From a virus (taxonomy: Duplodnaviria; Caudoviricetes): a stretch of 64,000 nucleotides of DNA. Shown piece by piece: positions 38,395-49,099 of the stretch; the first letter of the stretch is position 1; each line of letters opens with the position of its first letter. The stretch covers positions 32,001 to 96,000 of IMG/VR virus record IMGVR_UViG_3300025723_000017, one strand, 5' to 3'. The position numbers were made by a program, and so were the translations under genes. Under the pieces are notes generated by a model. The model was not told the origin of the DNA. It was given only the letters and a program-made list of their open reading frames with translations, and ran no database searches.

Positions 38395-39762
38395 ATGAAC
38401 ACACAAATTGATTATAGTGCAACAGGGTTTGAAGGAATTAAATTGGCAGCAGATTGGATCCGTGACCTTGAAAGTGACAACAGTAGATTGCACAAGGAAG
38501 CTGTGATTGAAAAAGCCCTAATGGCAGCAAAATTAGGTTCAACCAATGCACAATGTTTTTTATTCAATTGTTACCAAGCGTACAATCCATATTATGTATT
38601 CGGTGTTAAAAAAATTCCTGAAACTGATGGATTAGTAAATCGACCTAATTCCTGGCCTAAGTTTTGGGCGTTGTTGGAAGGATTGCGTACCCGTAGTCTA
38701 ACTGGGCATGCTGCTCGAGATGCTATTGAGGATGTGAGTCAACTATTTGATTCTGTTGAATGGAATCAATTATGTCGCCGTGTGTTGATTAAAGACTTAC
38801 GATGCGGTATTACCGAACGAACATTGAACAAAATTTTAGGCAAGACTGAATGGGCCATTCCTGTATTTGAATGTCAATTAGCAACGGATTCAAATAAACA
38901 TGTAGCTAAAATGAAAGGTCGTAAACGCTTGGAACAGAAATTAGATGGCGTAAGAGTATTGGCTGTGGTATCTAGTACAGGAGTACGATTGTTTAGTCGT
39001 AATGGTAAACCATTCGACAATTTCCCACATATTGCCAAAGCTATCGACGATTGTTCCTATAATAAAATGCCGGGTACAAGCTATGTATTAGATGGTGAAG
39101 TTATCGGTGCCAGCTTCCAGGCGTTGATGAAACAGGCACAACGCAAAACCAATGTTGACTCTGCTGATATGGTGTATAATGTATTTGATTACATTCCGCT
39201 GGCAGATTTTGAACGAGGTTATTGGAATACACAGCAACACAAACGTTTAGATATATTGGAAAAATTACGTCCTGTATTTGACACTACTGATTGTATTAAC
39301 ATAATGGACGGCATCGAAGTTGACCTTGATACATGTGAGGGTCATAATCAACTAAAACGCTATGCCAATGATGCCGTATTGGCTGGATTTGAAGGCATTA
39401 TGATTAAAGATATTGATGCCCCATATGAATGTAAACGTTCAAGCTTCTGGATGAAATGGAAACCTGTTATCAGTGTAGACTTAAATATAGTTGGATTTGA
39501 AGAAGGAACAGGTCGCAATTTAGGTAGACTTGGTGCTATAATATGTGAAGGTGTTGACGATGGTAGAGATATTAAAGTTAATGTTGGAAGTGGATTATCT
39601 GATGCCGATAGAGATGAATATTGGCTTAACAGGGACACCCTAATGGGTAATGTAGTGGAAGTAGCAGCAGATGCCGTAACTCAAAATCAAGACGGAACGT
39701 ATAGCCTTAGGTTTCCAAGGTTTGTTAGATTCCGAGGATTTGAACCCGGTGAGAAATTATAA
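38395..39762 (+). CDS. lig: ATP-dependent DNA ligase
   Basis: KLDGVR, FSRNG, LDGE, EGIMIK, VGSG, LRFPRF. Confidence 0.95.
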   Translation: MNTQIDYSATGFEGIKLAADWIRDLESDNSRLHKEAVIEKALMAAKLGSTNAQCFLFNCYQAYNPYYVFGVKKIPETDGLVNRPNSWPKFWALLEGLRTRSLTGHAARDAIEDVSQLFDSVEWNQLCRRVLIKDLRCGITERTLNKILGKTEWAIPVFECQLATDSNKHVAKMKGRKRLEQKLDGVRVLAVVSSTGVRLFSRNGKPFDNFPHIAKAIDDCSYNKMPGTSYVLDGEVIGASFQALMKQAQRKTNVDSADMVYNVFDYIPLADFERGYWNTQQHKRLDILEKLRPVFDTTDCINIMDGIEVDLDTCEGHNQLKRYANDAVLAGFEGIMIKDIDAPYECKRSSFWMKWKPVISVDLNIVGFEEGTGRNLGRLGAIICEGVDDGRDIKVNVGSGLSDADRDEYWLNRDTLMGNVVEVAADAVTQNQDGTYSLRFPRFVRFRGFEPGEKL

Positions 39763-39775
39763 AAAGGAAAGTAAA

Positions 39776-39970
39776 ATGACACAAAAATATGAATTTGAAC
39801 TATTACCAGAAATAAAAGATGGCGAGACTTTGATTATTCACGTACCAGTCGGTAATCTGCCTACAGAGGCAGCAGAAGCTTATGTCGAGCAATTTAAAGA
39901 ACGTTTCTTAACAGAAATAGAACATCAATCGACAACTGCAAAATATTTTTTTGTACCAAAACGTAGTTAA
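39776..39970 (+). CDS. hypothetical protein
   Basis: SD AAGGA before ATG. Confidence 0.65.
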   Translation: MTQKYEFELLPEIKDGETLIIHVPVGNLPTEAAEAYVEQFKERFLTEIEHQSTTAKYFFVPKRS

Positions 39971-39986
39971 TCTTAAAGGGAATTAC

Positions 39987-40154
39987 ATGGCTGTGAAATC
40001 GTGGTATTTAACCGTAGTAGAAACCGGCACCAATAAAAAAGTTTTTGATAAACTATTTTTTACCGCCCCAGTAATGAACAAATATATCAAGGAAGAAAAG
40101 ATCCTAGAGAAATATCCTAAACCACAATATTATATTGTGAAGGAAAATTACTAA
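39987..40154 (+). CDS. hypothetical protein
   Basis: SD AAGGG before ATG. Confidence 0.65.
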   Translation: MAVKSWYLTVVETGTNKKVFDKLFFTAPVMNKYIKEEKILEKYPKPQYYIVKENY

Positions 40155-40426
40155 TGAAAGTAAAACGACGAAAATTTAACATTTTCGAACAATTAGAATT
40201 AGCGCATGCCGATGCAACTGCATCAGGTCCAGTAGAAGAATATATACTGACCCCTGAAGAATTTCATGAATTCCAGCTGGATGCAAAGAATCGACCCGGC
40301 ACAAGTTTTCGAGTAGTCAAAGGTCGACCTGGGGATATGTTAGGTGGCGACTGGTATTTTCGCGGTGCTATTATATCAGTAGAAGAATATATTAAACCCA
40401 AGCGCAATGTCAAATCAAAATCATGA
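40154..40426 (+). CDS. hypothetical protein
   Basis: TAATG coupling. Confidence 0.65.
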   Translation: MKVKRRKFNIFEQLELAHADATASGPVEEYILTPEEFHEFQLDAKNRPGTSFRVVKGRPGDMLGGDWYFRGAIISVEEYIKPKRNVKSKS

Positions 40427-40808
40427 TCACGACGAATTAATACGTCATTTGCGTGGTATACAATATGTCGTAATTAATTCCCAGCATGGTGGGTTTGGAC
40501 TTAGTAAAGAAGCTAGATATCTTTATTTACAGCTAGCTGGAATCGATTATACAACTACCTCGAACCGAGATCGTGATACTGAAAATTGGTACGGTCACAG
40601 TATTATAGTAAATGGTTCGCAATGGCATGAAAACGACATTGCTCGAGATGATCCTGCACTAGTAAATGTAGTTCGCCAATTAGGTAGCAAAGCTGATGGT
40701 AGATTTGCTAAACTAAAGATTGTAGAAGTCCCTGCTGGGGTCAAATGGCGCATAGCCGGGTATGACGGCATCGAATGGGTAGAAGAAGTACACAGAACTT
40801 GGAGCTAA
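40407..40808 (+). CDS. phage hypothetical protein
   Basis: 'VVIN..GGFGLS','RDDP.LV','YDG.EWV.E.HRTW'. Confidence 0.75.
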   Translation: MSNQNHDHDELIRHLRGIQYVVINSQHGGFGLSKEARYLYLQLAGIDYTTTSNRDRDTENWYGHSIIVNGSQWHENDIARDDPALVNVVRQLGSKADGRFAKLKIVEVPAGVKWRIAGYDGIEWVEEVHRTWS

Positions 40809-40816
40809 ATAATTAA

Positions 40817-42481
40817 ATGATATTTGGATTAATAACTTTATTTACGGCAATCGCAATCAGTATTTCGGCGGCAATATATTCAATTTTAGGGCTAACTGCC
40901 ATATTTTCTGCTGCCTATTGGCCCATAGTTATACTCGGCGGATCTCTTGAGTTTGGCAAAATTATAACTACATTATGGTTACATAAGTATTGGAAAGAAG
41001 CTGAACTACAATATAAATTATATTTGTCATTTTCAGTATGTGTTTTAATGGTAATGACATCAATGGGTGTATTTGGTTTCTTGTCAAAAGCACATTCAGA
41101 TCAAGCAGTACCAACAGGCGATATCGCAGCTCAAATAGAGTTAATAGATACTAAAATTCAAACTCAACGGGAGAATATCAATGCAGCACGTAAAGTTCTT
41201 ACTCAAATGGATGGCTCAGTTGATGAAGTGTTGTCACGTAGTAAAACCGAACAAGGTGCACGTAATGCCAACACACTTAGACAACAACAAGCCAAAGATC
41301 GTACGAAACTTGCGACTGATATTGGCCAGGCGCAGACTGAAATCGCAAAACTCAATGAACAAAAAGCTGTAATATCTAAGGACTTGCGTAAAGTAGAAGC
41401 TGAAGTTGGTCCAATTAAATATATTGCGGCGTTGATATATGGCGATAACCCTGACACTAATTTACTAGAGAAAGCTGTTCGCTGGGTAATCATATTGATT
41501 GTATCAGTGTTTGACCCACTTGCCATCACATTATTATTAGCTGGTACCAAGGCGTTTGACTGGGAACGTGAAAAAAGAAAAAAGCTAGATGAATCTAAAA
41601 TTGATGCCGATCACTACGATAAATTGATTAAAAATCTTACAGATAACAATAATCAATTGCAACAAGAAAATGCTAATTTAATATCTAGCATTAATAATAT
41701 TGAAACAACGACAGTATCTGATACAGCGCAACAAGACATGTATACAGAATTGAACGAAAAAATTAAAGAATTTTATGCAGACCCCGAAGTTGTTGTTTTT
41801 GAAACTCAAGATCCTGCTACTGCAAAAGGGTCAACGGTAACCAACTTACCAGCGTATGAACCTGATGATGGTCCATTAACTGATGATCAAATTGAACAGA
41901 TTAAAGAACTAGTAAAAAACGAACTACCTGCAGATGAATTGATTGCCAAAGATTCATTATTTCCGGAAGAAATATATGAAGATATAAAACCTTATGGTAA
42001 TGAATTGCAACAACATGCCATGAAAGTTTGGAAAACAAATAACCTAGACAAAACATACAGAGAATATATTGAACAATATAATGCAGGAAAAATAACAGAG
42101 TTACCTTGGGATCATCCAAGTCATGTAGATGGACTTAATTTAAGCGATAGAGATTTGATTACTCTCAAGTTGGGGTTAGAAGCTGACAATGATCCTAATG
42201 TTGGCGAATTAAAAGGATTCGGTGTTGAATTTCCTAAATCTGCAAAGAAAAGTGATATGTTCCTTCGTGTAGATAATTTACCAAGCATGCTTTACAAATA
42301 CAATGGTAGTCAATGGATAAAAGTAAATAAAAATTTAAGTGACAGCTATATATACGATGATGCGTATATCAATCATCTAATTGAAAAAATTGGAACAGGA
42401 GAATATGATCCTGATCTGTTGAGCGATGCTGAACGCGACCGTATTGCATTACAACTCAAGAATACATCTGACCTAGGATAA
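40817..42481 (+). CDS. multi-TM coiled-coil membrane protein
   Basis: Three N-terminal TM segments, long coiled coil, 'VFDPLA' TM segment. Confidence 0.75.
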   Translation: MIFGLITLFTAIAISISAAIYSILGLTAIFSAAYWPIVILGGSLEFGKIITTLWLHKYWKEAELQYKLYLSFSVCVLMVMTSMGVFGFLSKAHSDQAVPTGDIAAQIELIDTKIQTQRENINAARKVLTQMDGSVDEVLSRSKTEQGARNANTLRQQQAKDRTKLATDIGQAQTEIAKLNEQKAVISKDLRKVEAEVGPIKYIAALIYGDNPDTNLLEKAVRWVIILIVSVFDPLAITLLLAGTKAFDWEREKRKKLDESKIDADHYDKLIKNLTDNNNQLQQENANLISSINNIETTTVSDTAQQDMYTELNEKIKEFYADPEVVVFETQDPATAKGSTVTNLPAYEPDDGPLTDDQIEQIKELVKNELPADELIAKDSLFPEEIYEDIKPYGNELQQHAMKVWKTNNLDKTYREYIEQYNAGKITELPWDHPSHVDGLNLSDRDLITLKLGLEADNDPNVGELKGFGVEFPKSAKKSDMFLRVDNLPSMLYKYNGSQWIKVNKNLSDSYIYDDAYINHLIEKIGTGEYDPDLLSDAERDRIALQLKNTSDLG

Positions 42482-42482
42482 T

Positions 42483-43673
42483 ATGACTGAAAAAATTAAT
42501 CACTGCTCATTTTGCGGCAAACATAAAAATTCAGTAGTGAAATTAATAGTTGGACACAATGTTGCTATTTGTAATGGATGTATCGAATTTTGTGACAAAT
42601 TATTAAAAAATAAACAAAGCACAGAAAAATCTGCTACTATGATGGACATACCAAATCCACAAGATATCAAAAATTATTTAGATCAATACGTTGTAGGGCA
42701 AGATAATGCTAAGATAGTGTTATCAGTAGCAATTACTAATCATTACAAACGTATTGGCAATAGTGATAACGAAATCGATAAAGCTAATATTTTAATGGTT
42801 GGTCCTACTGGAACAGGTAAAACTTTGTTGGCTAAAACAGTGGCAGAATATTTAAATGTTCCGTTTGCCATAGCTGATGCTACTACACTAACGGAAGCAG
42901 GGTATGTTGGGGATGATGTTGATTCAGTAATAATGAGACTATATCAAAATGCTGATTCAGATGTTGAAAAAACACAGCGTGGTATTATATTTTTAGACGA
43001 AATAGATAAAATTGCTCGCAAAAGTGAAAGTGCCACTGTTAGTAGAGATGTGTCGGGAGAAGGGGTACAACAGGCTTTACTAAAATTAATCGAAGGCACT
43101 AAAATTAAAATTAGTCCAACTAATTCACGTAGAACTGAAACCACAGTAGAAATTGATACTTCTAATATTTTATTCATTGCCGGGGGTGCATTTGTTGGGC
43201 TCGATAAAATTATAAAAAATCGTGTACGTGGCACTGCGATGGGGTTCGGTGCCGAACTCACTAAAGATGATGCAGATGAAACTGTTAACACTATGCCAGA
43301 TGATTTAGTTAAATATGGTATGATTCCTGAGTTTGTGGGAAGATTTAGTAATTTGGTAAATTTAGAAGAGCTTAGTAAAGATCAACTGATCAGTATTTTA
43401 ACAGAGGTTAAACATAATTATGTAGGGCAATATCAATGGTTGTTTAGTCAAGATGGGGTCGATCTTAATTTTGAAAAAGATTCTCTTAATTTAATTGCTG
43501 AACGCACACTTAAGACTAAAACAGGTGCCCGTGGTTTGCATACGGAATTAGAACGTATACTACTTCCACACATGTTTGATTTGCCAAAATATCGCAAACA
43601 AAGTATATTATCAGTAGCAATTACGTTAAATTTAGTAAATACTCCAGTGACACTTGCACAGGAGAATGAATGA
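42483..43673 (+). CDS. clpX: ClpX unfoldase
   Basis: CSFC Zn domain, [20 protein letters not shown] loop, GARGL. Confidence 0.95.
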   Translation: MTEKINHCSFCGKHKNSVVKLIVGHNVAICNGCIEFCDKLLKNKQSTEKSATMMDIPNPQDIKNYLDQYVVGQDNAKIVLSVAITNHYKRIGNSDNEIDKANILMVGPTGTGKTLLAKTVAEYLNVPFAIADATTLTEAGYVGDDVDSVIMRLYQNADSDVEKTQRGIIFLDEIDKIARKSESATVSRDVSGEGVQQALLKLIEGTKIKISPTNSRRTETTVEIDTSNILFIAGGAFVGLDKIIKNRVRGTAMGFGAELTKDDADETVNTMPDDLVKYGMIPEFVGRFSNLVNLEELSKDQLISILTEVKHNYVGQYQWLFSQDGVDLNFEKDSLNLIAERTLKTKTGARGLHTELERILLPHMFDLPKYRKQSILSVAITLNLVNTPVTLAQENE

Positions 43674-43891
43674 AACTTTATGGACACACCGTAATCGTCA
43701 GCGATGATAACGTAGAACGAGCATTAAGAAAATTTAAGAAGAAAATTCAAGACTCTGGATTACTCGATGAACTAAGAGCAAGAGAAACTTTTGAAAAACC
43801 CACAACAGAACGTAAACGAAAAAAAGGTGCAGCTAAATCACGTTGGCGCAAGAAACTTCGTTCACAAGAACTTCCAAAAAAATTATATTAA
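43670..43891 (+). CDS. rpsU: ribosomal protein bS21
   Basis: ALRKFKKK...[16 protein letters not shown]. Confidence 0.92.
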   Translation: MKLYGHTVIVSDDNVERALRKFKKKIQDSGLLDELRARETFEKPTTERKRKKGAAKSRWRKKLRSQELPKKLY

Positions 43892-43944
43892 TTTTGCCAA
43901 ATAATATATATAGTTAATGATTTTACAGTATAATAAATACTGTT

Positions 43945-43996
43945 GTAGGTGCCGATGGTCGGGCTTACACTATGTCACTTCGTTTAATTAAAGGAG
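43945..43996 (+). promoter_or_regulatory. structured 5' leader shared with 53764-53813
   Basis: Hairpin GTAGGTGCCGA-TGG-TCGGGCTTAC then TCGTTTAATTAAAGGAG. Confidence 0.55.
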
Positions 43997-44002
43997 AAAA
44001 CA

Positions 44003-44449
44003 ATGACAAAAATCACTACCATGGATCTCAATCCATTCTATCGTAACTCTATTGGTGTAGATCAATTATTTGATCGTATTTTAAATCAAATGGATCGACA
44101 CAGTAACGACAGCACTAATTATCCCCCATATAACATTATTAAAACAGGCGACAATACTTTTGAAGTTCAAGTAGCAACTGCCGGATTTAATGAGGGAGAG
44201 GTTAATGTAGAAGTTAAAGACAATACTCTTATTGTCAATGGCACAAAACAAGATAAAGAGTTGCCTGAAGGACATGAATATTCATTCAAAGGCATCAGTG
44301 CCCGCAATTTTATACGTACATTTAGCCTAGCTGATTATGTAGAAGTTGTAAGTGCTTCATCGAAAAACGGTATCATAACTATTAAGTTAGTACGTAATAT
44401 TCCAGATGCTCTGCAACCTAAATCAATTGCAATCACATACGAATCATAA
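44003..44449 (+). CDS. Hsp20/IbpA-family small heat-shock protein
   Basis: NYPPYNII, AGF, GIS.R.F.RTF.LA, NGI. Confidence 0.95.
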   Translation: MTKITTMDLNPFYRNSIGVDQLFDRILNQMDRHSNDSTNYPPYNIIKTGDNTFEVQVATAGFNEGEVNVEVKDNTLIVNGTKQDKELPEGHEYSFKGISARNFIRTFSLADYVEVVSASSKNGIITIKLVRNIPDALQPKSIAITYES

Positions 44450-44517
44450 TACAATGTAATTTAGTAAATACAGTACGGGATATGTTGTCCCGTACTTAAC
44501 AATCATAAGGAACTGGT

Positions 44518-44826
44518 ATGTCACAGCAAGATATAATTACAAAAATTGATGTCAATCATGAGCTTAAAGAACCGCCACTATTTAAAGTTATATATTTAAA
44601 TGATAACGGCACAACAATGGAATTTGTAGTTGAATCTTTAATAAAAGTTTTCGACTATAATACTGATACTGCTGTAAAAATTACTCAAGATATACATGAA
44701 GCAGGATCAGCTGTAGTGGCTGTATTGCCTTATGAAATTGCAGAACAAAAAGGTGTCGAAGTTACAATGTCGGCTCGCAGAGTAAACATGCCTTTACAAG
44801 TTAAACTGGAACCCGAAACCGATTAA
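44518..44826 (+). CDS. clpS: ClpS adaptor
   Basis: PP.FKVI.LND..TTMEFVV, IH..G.A, YEIAE. Confidence 0.93.
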   Translation: MSQQDIITKIDVNHELKEPPLFKVIYLNDNGTTMEFVVESLIKVFDYNTDTAVKITQDIHEAGSAVVAVLPYEIAEQKGVEVTMSARRVNMPLQVKLEPETD

Positions 44827-45611
44827 ATTTGTATAGTAATACGTTTTGGATAATACATAGATTGTGAATATAGTGTATCCTCGTTATCACGAGGATTACT
44901 TACATATCTAATTCCATCAATAACAGTATCTATGGGCCTATGATAATGGCCAAAACACCATAATTTTATTTTATTTTCTAGATCCATTGGAAGTACAGTT
45001 TGCATATATCTGTTTCCCATAGTATTAAATTTCCAAGAGTTAATTAATTCTAAATCATGTTGTATAATACTGGGAATAGGTACAGTATGTGTAACTACAA
45101 TTATAGACTTTACATCCTTGTAAGTTTGTAATTTAGAGATACTGTTGTTTATATAGCCAGCATCTCGATATGACACTCCGTGTATGTTTATAGCATCTGT
45201 CTGACTCATATTATCATTATATTGAGCCCATGCCACTGATTGATCTAAATCTAAATGCGGGTCAAAATCATAGCTCCACCATCCATTAGTTGCTATTATA
45301 GCTAGTCCATTCATAATTACAATATTATCTTGCGTATAAATTACATTTTTTATTGGCTTGATAAGTTCAGCTAATTCAGTATAACTTCGATTTAAATTTT
45401 CAATATGATTTTTATGTTCTTCATTTCCATCAATATAAAATACTCCAGTATAAACTTGTCCCAGTTGTTCTAATGTGTCAACTACAAGAGAACGATCTCT
45501 TGCTATATCTCCAGCAACTATACAATATTGTGAAGTTGGTTGCCCCTGCCAATCGAAATCAGGCCAAGTTTCGCGATGCAAATCGCTTATGAGATCAAAA
45601 GTAAAATTCAT
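44823..45611 (-). CDS. calcineurin-like metallophosphoesterase
   Basis: SDLH, AGD, GNEE (GNH His replaced), THT, FGHYH. Confidence 0.85.
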   Translation of the reverse strand: MNFTFDLISDLHRETWPDFDWQGQPTSQYCIVAGDIARDRSLVVDTLEQLGQVYTGVFYIDGNEEHKNHIENLNRSYTELAELIKPIKNVIYTQDNIVIMNGLAIIATNGWWSYDFDPHLDLDQSVAWAQYNDNMSQTDAINIHGVSYRDAGYINNSISKLQTYKDVKSIIVVTHTVPIPSIIQHDLELINSWKFNTMGNRYMQTVLPMDLENKIKLWCFGHYHRPIDTVIDGIRYVSNPRDNEDTLYSQSMYYPKRITIQI

Positions 45612-45674
45612 TTAAGTGTATCTTTTTTGTGGGTGGATGTGTATTCATGATAATTATTTAACAGGAGATACATC

Positions 45675-46028
45675 ATGAATATAATTTTCGGCACCGCAGA
45701 AGCAACAAAAATACAAGAAAAATACATTGTACTTGAGTTAGATATGATAACCATTAAAAGTAGCGATCCTATTAATACATATTGCGTATTAGAAACTGTG
45801 CCACTTGAGGAGTTAGCAGGAGTTGAAATTTTTAAAAAATTACACGCTGATTTAATTTTAAACTATCGAAATCGTAATTGGGATTTTTGTAATCAGGCAC
45901 TAGATCAATTAATAGGACGATGGGGAAAAGAAATTGATTCATTTTATGAAATATTAAAAAATCGTATAGTTAGTTTTAGGGAACAAGAACCAACGGATAA
46001 TTGGACTTATGTAATAGCCAAATCTTAA
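45675..46028 (+). CDS. hypothetical protein
   Basis: AGGAG SD. Confidence 0.7.
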   Translation: MNIIFGTAEATKIQEKYIVLELDMITIKSSDPINTYCVLETVPLEELAGVEIFKKLHADLILNYRNRNWDFCNQALDQLIGRWGKEIDSFYEILKNRIVSFREQEPTDNWTYVIAKS

Positions 46029-46068
46029 CCATTTAACAATAAATACTGTTAACTAAAGGATTTAAAAA

Positions 46069-46653
46069 ATGGCTTTGATAGATACAGTTTTATCCATGAT
46101 AACAAGAAAAAATAAAAATGATATTATGACTCCGCCTGCAAAAGGTAGTCGTAGCGAGCGCGAAGCAAAAATTAAAGATAAAGCAGGTATGGTAATCAAT
46201 GTATTTGCTTTATTGCTGGCAGTCAACACTTATTTTAGTAATGGATATAGCAGCTTAATACTTAACAATACTATCAAAGCCAACGATACTTGGAGTTTCT
46301 ATCAAGCAAAAGCACTAAAACAAACCCTAGCCGAATATGCTCTTGACAGTGCCGTTAAATCTCAGGATCATGTGCGTATTAAAGAATTAACTGCACGTAT
46401 TGAACGATATGAAACGGAACCAGTTGAGGGAAAACGTGATTTAATGGCACATGCTATTAAACTAGAGAATGATCGTGACGAAGCCAAAAAGAAATCACCT
46501 TGGACTAATTATGCATCAACTGCATTTCAATTAAGTATTGTTTTATTATCAGCTAGTATATTAGCTGTTAGTATGACACTATTCTGGGGAAGTTTTGTCG
46601 TGGCAGGAATAGGAGTATTCTTAATGAGTCAGGGAATTTGGTTGTGGTTTTAA
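46069..46653 (+). CDS. DUF4337-like membrane protein
   Basis: 'A.DTWSFYQAK..K', 'FQLSIVL.SASI', three TM segments. Confidence 0.75.
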   Translation: MALIDTVLSMITRKNKNDIMTPPAKGSRSEREAKIKDKAGMVINVFALLLAVNTYFSNGYSSLILNNTIKANDTWSFYQAKALKQTLAEYALDSAVKSQDHVRIKELTARIERYETEPVEGKRDLMAHAIKLENDRDEAKKKSPWTNYASTAFQLSIVLLSASILAVSMTLFWGSFVVAGIGVFLMSQGIWLWF

Positions 46654-46677
46654 GTAGCTGATTAAAAAATTTGCAGT

Positions 46678-47586
46678 TTATTTTTCATTATCGTCTTCGT
46701 CTCTAGAATGAAAGTAACTTTTAATATCTTCTAGTAACTTAGGTTTATTTGCTCTAAGTTTAATTAACCCATTATCCCGATATCCTAGATCTTCGATAGG
46801 ATTAAACTTGTTTTCGCTAAGTATTTTCCAACGCCAGTTATAACCACGATTACTTTTCTTACCATGCCAATTATGATTTATTGTGACTGGTACATACCCT
46901 ACATTTCCAGCTACGCATTCTTCACATTTATCAGCCCACTGCTGTATTGCTGCACTACTATATCCGCCGCTCTTGCTATCTAAACTAGAATCTTTAATTT
47001 GTCTAGTAAGTGCAAATGCCATAAACCAATCACCAGATCCAACAATACCCCAGTCTATTAACCCACCTGTGTGATTTAATGCAGTTCGTGTAGCAGCCCA
47101 TGCTAAGCCTGATCGGCCACGTTTTTTAGGATTCCAATCATTATTGACCCAACGATTTATAAAACTTTTTTCAGTGCTAATGATTTCACCGTCTGGCCCT
47201 AAGTCATTAGCCTGTTCAAACATTTGTACAAACGGATGGTTATCTAATGCATCTATAGTATCTTGGACCCATGTGTCATTATCAAAATGTACATCAGCAT
47301 CAATCCAAGCAATATATTTGGCATCCGCTGGTAAATGATTTATTCCAATATTCAATAAATTTTCTTTATACCAAAGTATTTCATCAGTTGTAAGTTGTAT
47401 ATGGTGGTTACAATCGGCATCAGTTACTGAAAATTTTTGTCCCTCAAAAATAAGTTCTACTGTCCATAGTTCTATATTTTTGAATTGCTTCATGTAGTTT
47501 ACAAAATTATGATATAACCTGTACCTAGATTGATAACCTTCCGGATTAAATACGCAGGTTACGATATACAGCTTATCATTCTTCAA
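46678..47586 (-). CDS. glycosyltransferase (GT-A-like)
   Basis: KENLLNIG, AWIDAD, G.AWA, HNWHG. Confidence 0.7.
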   Translation of the reverse strand: MKNDKLYIVTCVFNPEGYQSRYRLYHNFVNYMKQFKNIELWTVELIFEGQKFSVTDADCNHHIQLTTDEILWYKENLLNIGINHLPADAKYIAWIDADVHFDNDTWVQDTIDALDNHPFVQMFEQANDLGPDGEIISTEKSFINRWVNNDWNPKKRGRSGLAWAATRTALNHTGGLIDWGIVGSGDWFMAFALTRQIKDSSLDSKSGGYSSAAIQQWADKCEECVAGNVGYVPVTINHNWHGKKSNRGYNWRWKILSENKFNPIEDLGYRDNGLIKLRANKPKLLEDIKSYFHSRDEDDNEK

Positions 47587-47752
47587 TTAAATCTCCGTTG
47601 TGCTGACATAGCATTTGTGCATTAAAATATTATTTATATTAATAAAAAAATGAATTAAAAACTGGTTACGAGTTCCAGTGACATTCTATTGGTATGTCCG
47701 ATTGCATTTATTTATTGATATAGCAGTATATTATTATTGCTATTTTATTACA

Positions 47753-48775
47753 CTAGCAGTTCCATTTACGCAACGATTTATTGATGCGGCTATTAGGATC
47801 ATGCGCTGTTTTCGACCCAGTTCGATGTTTCTTCATTCCCTTCATACGAGCACAGAAACTTTTACGACGTTTAGCTGCTTTACTGCCCTTTTTAAGTTTA
47901 CTGGGTTTAGTAGTTACGGCAGTTTGCAATTTCGAACCAGGATGTTCTCGCCGATAACTGGCTACACCTTTTTTGTTTAGCCCACCATTTTTATTTTTGC
48001 CTGATGATTTTTGCCAGGCTGCTGCCTCGGCTAATAATTCCTCATCTGATGCAGATTCTAATAAATCCCAAATTGTATCAGAATCAACTCCTGCTTCTTC
48101 GGCGAGATAATCAACCATGGATTCTATCTGGTCAAATTGCTCATCTTCTGTTACCTGCTTGGGTTTTATATGTTGCTTTTTCATATTAACCGCAATAGCT
48201 GCTTGCTGGGCTGCATTGGCTGCCTCAGTCATTTCGTCGTCGTTAATTAGTTTGTAATTCAGTTTGCTTGCAATATGCGACCATGCTGTTGGATTTTCAT
48301 TATTACCCCCTATAAATAATGCCGGCTTCAGGTTTGGCTCATTTTGCATCAATTGTTCTGTCGTTTGTTTGATAGCCAATTCTAATACACCTTTATACGG
48401 GCCGGTAACAACATCCCATAGGTACACTCCGACATATCCGTCTTCGATTAATGCGTCGCCAATAACAGTTAACTCACCATTCTCGCTTTCTACCCCATCG
48501 CCTCTTAACTGAAATTTACCCTGCGGATATTTTTTCTTAAGAATTTCCAGTAGATTTTGGCAAAAATCTACATTTGATTCTATTTTTTTCGCATTATTAA
48601 CCGCAATAGCTGCTTGCTGGGCTGAGGCGCCGTCTTCCTCTATACTTTCGTTGGGTACACAGTTGTTGACCCTAACTCCACCTTTGATCTTGGTGCCAGT
48701 CTTATGCTTGCCTTTCCAGCAATGTGCATCAAGTCTCTGCTTGATTGCTTCATTTATGAATTCATTCGCTCTCAT
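47753..48775 (-). CDS. modular probable internal head protein (DUF6321-like C-terminus)
   Basis: MRANEFINE; 'CWKG...VNNCVP'; 'GGLN..G','RRKSFCARM','SRINKSLRKWNC'. Confidence 0.65.
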   Translation of the reverse strand: MRANEFINEAIKQRLDAHCWKGKHKTGTKIKGGVRVNNCVPNESIEEDGASAQQAAIAVNNAKKIESNVDFCQNLLEILKKKYPQGKFQLRGDGVESENGELTVIGDALIEDGYVGVYLWDVVTGPYKGVLELAIKQTTEQLMQNEPNLKPALFIGGNNENPTAWSHIASKLNYKLINDDEMTEAANAAQQAAIAVNMKKQHIKPKQVTEDEQFDQIESMVDYLAEEAGVDSDTIWDLLESASDEELLAEAAAWQKSSGKNKNGGLNKKGVASYRREHPGSKLQTAVTTKPSKLKKGSKAAKRRKSFCARMKGMKKHRTGSKTAHDPNSRINKSLRKWNC

Positions 48776-48777
48776 GA

Positions 48778-49035
48778 TTACTGTTGGTTATTTTGTAAAG
48801 CCCCGCATCCCGCAGTCAACCCTAGATCGTGCTGTTCGTGAATCGCCACTGCCATGGAATCGTTCTGTATATCTATCACATTCAAATCGTCCGGAAACGA
48901 ATATGAACTACCGTTTAAATCCAAAGCCAATCCAGCCTGCGCCAATTGAAACATAACCCAATGTAATTTTCTCTCTAAATCGCGCAAAGGTGTTCCTTCT
49001 TCTATGCGCGGATCATGCTTGAAAAAATCATCCAT
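48778..49035 (-). CDS. hypothetical protein
   Basis: AGGAG SD, TAAATA upstream. Confidence 0.7.
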   Translation of the reverse strand: MDDFFKHDPRIEEGTPLRDLERKLHWVMFQLAQAGLALDLNGSSYSFPDDLNVIDIQNDSMAVAIHEQHDLGLTAGCGALQNNQQ

Positions 49036-49099
49036 ATCTATCTCCTATACAAATATTTAGTTATTTTTTTCATAATCTAATTAATGAATAAGTAATAGC

